Of a stretch of 64,000 bases of DNA, positions 61,101-64,000 are shown one piece after another (the first letter of the stretch is position 1; every line of letters starts with the position of its first letter). Source of the stretch: an uncultured bacterium (lineage in GTDB: Bacteria > Acidobacteriota > Thermoanaerobaculia > Multivoradales > JAHZIX01); contig CBDUPA010000005.1 of the NCBI GenBank assembly GCA_965368975.1, positions 249,099-313,098 on the forward strand, written 5' to 3'. The translations under genes were made by a program, and so were the position numbers. A model generated the notes under the pieces. The model had not been told where the DNA came from. It ran no database searches and saw only the letters and a list, made by a program, of their open reading frames with translations.

Positions 61101-63039
61101 CGAGTTCACCGACGATCTCGATGCCATGATTCCTGGCCTGGTCGCCGTCGGTCTGCCACTCAACGATGTTTGTGGCACTGGATCACAGCTGACGGGAACT
61201 TCGGTGATCAGCCTGACGGATGGCACCGTCCCCGGTAGTGGCACTTGCATGTTCGACGTCACCGTGCAGGTCCCTGCCGGTGTCATGCCCGGGGCCTACC
61301 TGAACACCAGTGATCCGCTGTTCCAGAATGGTCTGCAAGCCGCGGAGCCAACCACAGCTTCGTTGACCATCGATGCGCCACCGAGCTTCAGCAAGGCCTT
61401 CGATGGTCCGACCGTCGCCACCGGTACCGCGGTTCTGACCTTCACCATCCAGAACAACAGCGCACGAGCGATCGACAATCTCAGCTTCACCGATGATCTG
61501 GCTGCAGCGATCCCCGGTATGGTGGGTACGGGTCTTCCGCTGAACGATGTCTGTGGCACGGGCTCGCAGATCAGCGGCACCTCCGCGCTCAGCTTCACTG
61601 GTGGCAGCCTGGCTGGCAACGCCAGCTGCATGATCGCTGTCACCGTCCAGGTGCCAGCAGGCGTTACCCCGAGCAGCTACCTCAACACCACCAGCGACCT
61701 GCTGCGCAATGGCCTGGCGCTGTCGCCGCCGGCCAGTGCCAACCTGACGATCGACGCACCGCCGACCTTCAGCAAGGCATTCGACGGTCCGACGACAGCC
61801 ACTGGCACTGCCGTGTTGACCTTCACCATCCAGAACAACAGCACGCGAACTTTGAGTGGCCTGAGTTTCACCGACGACCTGGATACGGCGATTCCGGGCA
61901 TGGTCGGTACGGGGCTGCCGGTCAACGACGTCTGCGGTACCGGCTCACAGATCAGTGGCACCTCGTTGCTCAGTCTCACGGGCGGCAACTTGGCGGGTAA
62001 CGCTACCTGCATGGTTCCGGTCACGGTCCAGGTGCCTGCGGGAGTCACCCCAAGCAGCTACCTCAACACCACCAGTGATCTGCTGCAGAACGGTCTCGTG
62101 CTGTCGCCGCCAGCCAGCGCCAACCTGGTCATCGAGCCGCCGCCGACCTTCTCCAAGATCTTCGTGCCGGACGTCATCGTGACCGATACCGTCTCGACCC
62201 TCACCTTTACGATCGACAACAGCGCAAGCACGCTGGCGGCCAACAACCTCGCCTTCGTCGACAACTTGCCGACCAACGTCGTGGTGGCGACGCCCGCGAA
62301 CAGCATGACGACGTGCGGCGGCACCGTCACCGCCGTCGATGGGACTGCGTCGATCAGCTTCACCGGTGGCACCGTCGGTGCGGGAGCAACCTGCACCGTC
62401 AGCGTCGATGTGACCAGCAGCACGGTGGGCAGCTACACCAACCTGACCCTGGACCTCACCTCGACCTCCGGCAACAGTGGTACCGCCACTGCCATGCTCG
62501 AGGTCGTGCCGCCGTTGATGATCAGCAAGCGCTTCGTCCCGGCGTCCGTGCTGCCGGGCCAGGTCGCCCAGCTCGAGTACACCCTGGACAACCCGTCGAC
62601 GCTGGACCTGACCAACATCGCCTTTACTGACGATCTCGGCACCGTCCTGCCGGGCCTGGCTGCCAACGCGCTGTCCTTGCCGGCTGACGTTCCGGCCGGA
62701 CCGCTCGATATGGTCATGCTCACCGACATTTGCGGCCTCGGCTCGCAAATCAACGGCACCAACCTCCTGACCTTCACCGGCGGTAACCTGTTGGCGGGTA
62801 CGTCCTGCACCTTCAGCGTCGACGTCACCATCCCGGCCAATGCGGCGGTCGGTACGTACCCGAGCACCACCAGTGATCCCACCGGTGATGCGGGGGGCGT
62901 TCCGGTCGTTGGCGCGGCGGGTGCCGCCAGCCTGATCGTCCGCGCCGATGTGTTGGAGATTCCGACCCTGGACGAATGGGCTTTGTTGTTGCTGATCGGT
63001 TTGCTGGGTGCCGTCGCGGTGGCGCGGATGCGGTTCTGA
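58129..63039 (+). CDS. Large secreted DUF11-like Ig-repeat protein (12 repeats) with IPTL-CTERM; tandem paralog
   Basis: Colinear with the upstream paralog (PAQAQPSFSKVF..., ...RADVLEIPTLDEWALLLL); same 5' context ctcg..aggatg....acATG. Confidence 0.9.
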   Translation: MQTSLRVLRFALPARDLPVPTLVAALVLSLALAATPAQAQPSFSKVFTPDTLASGSVSTLIFTITNGSGVPVTNLAFTDNLPAAVSVATPAAVTSTCPDAVVTAGGGSIMMTDGEVAAFASCTVSVDVTSSTVGTHTNTSGDLTSSAGNSGTSTDDLTVVTNRPAFSKAFAPSTIDFGERTTLTLTIDNSVNPGFATALSFTDALPSGLVIADPANASADCPGAFLTAMAGGGTISISSGLLLPGQTCTVTVDVAGSAIGSFINRTELSSTPGGPSVSSGFATAQLDVTLDPDLHITKGFVGNPVAPGNTVVMDFTIRNQSPSDSATGVTFTDDLSATLAGLVAVGLPANDVCGAGSQLTGTGLLTLTGGNIPARDVCTFSVTLQVPAGAAVGNYPNTTSAVSATVGGSSVTGNQATEILYVSPVPVLTKTFLTDPVGAGGTTTIEFTITNSSPTAAATDLGFADNLSAFLSGSVYTSGIQNNICGAGSVLTTTLNNGQTFLTLFSGSLAAGASCTFTADVQIPAGGAPGTYVNTTSDVTGTIGGLPVFGPPASDTLDVVVGPLLTKEFTDDPVDPGDMVTLEFTLTHDAAEPADATNIAFTDDLNAALVGLSAIGLPLNDVCGTGSQISGTTNLSFTGGTLAPGASCTFSVTLQVPVAALPGTYTNLTSNVSSTVGGVAASRAGAQDNLLVGGLSFTKEFIDDPLLPGGTGTLRFTIDNQSTVDATGMFFTDNLPSALTGLTTTGALPANPCGAGSVLSGPSFLILVGGNLTAGTSCTFDVTVDVPGGAADGGYLNTTSNLTATLGGSGVTVQPAADQLTIDSTRLALTKTFTNDPVQPGGSLILEFTITNDDMANAASGVSFTDDLDAALSGLVAVGLPQNDVCGAGSLLSGAGLLTLTGGSLAADGSCTFSVGLQVPGGAGSGVYTNTTSGLTGMITGLSVTGPAASDDFVVSVINFDKAFDGPTVATGTAVLTFLIENLNATDASGLEFTDDLDAMIPGLVAVGLPLNDVCGTGSQLTGTSVISLTDGTVPGSGTCMFDVTVQVPAGVMPGAYLNTSDPLFQNGLQAAEPTTASLTIDAPPSFSKAFDGPTVATGTAVLTFTIQNNSARAIDNLSFTDDLAAAIPGMVGTGLPLNDVCGTGSQISGTSALSFTGGSLAGNASCMIAVTVQVPAGVTPSSYLNTTSDLLRNGLALSPPASANLTIDAPPTFSKAFDGPTTATGTAVLTFTIQNNSTRTLSGLSFTDDLDTAIPGMVGTGLPVNDVCGTGSQISGTSLLSLTGGNLAGNATCMVPVTVQVPAGVTPSSYLNTTSDLLQNGLVLSPPASANLVIEPPPTFSKIFVPDVIVTDTVSTLTFTIDNSASTLAANNLAFVDNLPTNVVVATPANSMTTCGGTVTAVDGTASISFTGGTVGAGATCTVSVDVTSSTVGSYTNLTLDLTSTSGNSGTATAMLEVVPPLMISKRFVPASVLPGQVAQLEYTLDNPSTLDLTNIAFTDDLGTVLPGLAANALSLPADVPAGPLDMVMLTDICGLGSQINGTNLLTFTGGNLLAGTSCTFSVDVTIPANAAVGTYPSTTSDPTGDAGGVPVVGAAGAASLIVRADVLEIPTLDEWALLLLIGLLGAVAVARMRF
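61000..62142 (+). repeat. Three tandem 381-bp coding repeats
   Basis: Units start at 61000, 61381 and 61762, each encoding KAFDGPT.ATGTAVLTF...NDVCGTGSQ..GTS...YLNT. Confidence 0.85.
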
Positions 63040-63072
63040 GCTGCGGGATAAAGCCGAGAAGCGAGGTACAGC

Positions 63073-64000
63073 GTGGGTGATCTGAGATGGGGCATCGTCG
63101 GGACCGGTCTGATCGCGGAAGTGATCGCCGGTTCCATTGGCAAGGCCCAGAACGCGACGCTGGCGGCGGTATCGAGTCGAGAGCAAGCCAAGGCCGACGC
63201 CTTCGTCGCCCAGCGTCCGGACACGGCGGCGGTCGAAGGCATCGAGGCCTTGGTCACCCGGGACGATGTCGATGTGGTCTACGTCGCGACGCCGACCTGT
63301 GCCAAGGAGCCCATTGCCCTGGCGGCCATCGCCGCCGGCAAGCACGTCCTGGTCGACAAGCCCTATCTCGACACTGCTTCCCTCCAGCGCATGACAGATG
63401 CAGCGGAGCAAAAAGGTGTCGTCTTCATGGATGCCACCCACCTCTCGCACCACCCACGTACGCGGACGATCCAAACCGCGACGGCGGAGAAGCTCGGTGC
63501 TACTCGCTCCTTGCACACCGCCTTCTACTTTCCGTTCGCCGACCGCGACAACATTCGCTACGATCCGAGCCAAGAGCCGATGGGGGCGGTTGGCGATATG
63601 GCCTGGTACTCAGTCCGCGCGATCGTCGAGTTCCTGCAGCCGGTCGGAGAGCTGACGTCCGTGATGGCCCGTTCCGAGCGGGACACCGAGACGGGGGCAG
63701 TGATTCGCGCTTCCGGCTTCCTCGCTTTCAACGGTGGCCAGACCTCCACATTCGACGTCGGGTACACCGCCGGCACCATGGTTCAAGAGCTGCAGCTCCT
63801 CGGCACGGAGGGCATGTTCCAGCTCGACGACTTCGTGCTCGACTGGACGCAGAGTTTTGCTTTCCAGAATCCCGACATCAAGACCGGCTACCTCCACCGG
63901 ACCGGTATGGCGACACGGAAGGACTACCGGTTCGTCGAGGCGCCTTCGTCCAAGGCCGCGGATGTGTGGATGATCGAGAACTTCGGGCGTCTGGTGGTGG
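63073..64000 (+). CDS. Gfo/Idh/MocA-family oxidoreductase (3' end outside window; missing from the ORF track)
   Basis: Hand translation from GTG 63073: MGDLRWGIVGTGLIA..VDVVYVATPT..AGKHVLVDKP..NIRYDP..GAVGDMAWY; GAGG RBS. Confidence 0.88.
   Translation, partial: MGDLRWGIVGTGLIAEVIAGSIGKAQNATLAAVSSREQAKADAFVAQRPDTAAVEGIEALVTRDDVDVVYVATPTCAKEPIALAAIAAGKHVLVDKPYLDTASLQRMTDAAEQKGVVFMDATHLSHHPRTRTIQTATAEKLGATRSLHTAFYFPFADRDNIRYDPSQEPMGAVGDMAWYSVRAIVEFLQPVGELTSVMARSERDTETGAVIRASGFLAFNGGQTSTFDVGYTAGTMVQELQLLGTEGMFQLDDFVLDWTQSFAFQNPDIKTGYLHRTGMATRKDYRFVEAPSSKAADVWMIENFGRLVV

Noticed and set aside
63340-63365. DKP instead of EKP in the Gfo/Idh/MocA protein
   Set aside because: Conservative variation within the family; the gene is truncated and no link to the BGC is evident.

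Overview
GC-rich bacterial DNA; IPTL-CTERM and IFxDxFE-type tails suggest Acidobacteriota (Thermoanaerobaculia-like), which is inference only. Left arm (1-11.4 kb): a 5'-truncated RapA/HepA SNF2 ATPase, a SAM methyltransferase, a VapBC-type toxin-antitoxin pair, two PilT-family ATPases (one fused to about 450 aa of HEAT repeats), biotin carboxylase and BCCP, an unannotated 44-aa double-glycine RiPP-like precursor, and a class V PLP enzyme. Centre (11.6-48 kb): a hybrid lipopeptide NRPS-PKS cluster, FAAL-ACP-(C-A-T)x4 | KS-AT-KR0-ACP | C-A(Gly)-T | DCL-A(Val)-T-C-A(Gly)-T, interrupted by two tandem TPR-sensor histidine kinases. The cluster has no release domain. Its last two NRPS proteins end in the same GGDSI-PCP plus 'FGWSDDDF' acidic tail, compatible with an iterative/self-docking or split assembly line. 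GTAG-type REP hairpins sit in frame inside the first NRPS gene. Right arm (48-64 kb): a secreted hypothetical protein, a LolA-like protein, purH, a degenerate Zn-PLC/P1-nuclease-like protein, three large secreted proteins (two paralogous DUF11-repeat IPTL-CTERM proteins) and a 3'-truncated Gfo/Idh/MocA oxidoreductase. No rRNA, tRNA, CRISPR array or transposase was seen. All A-domain specificity codes were read by eye against GrsA numbering.
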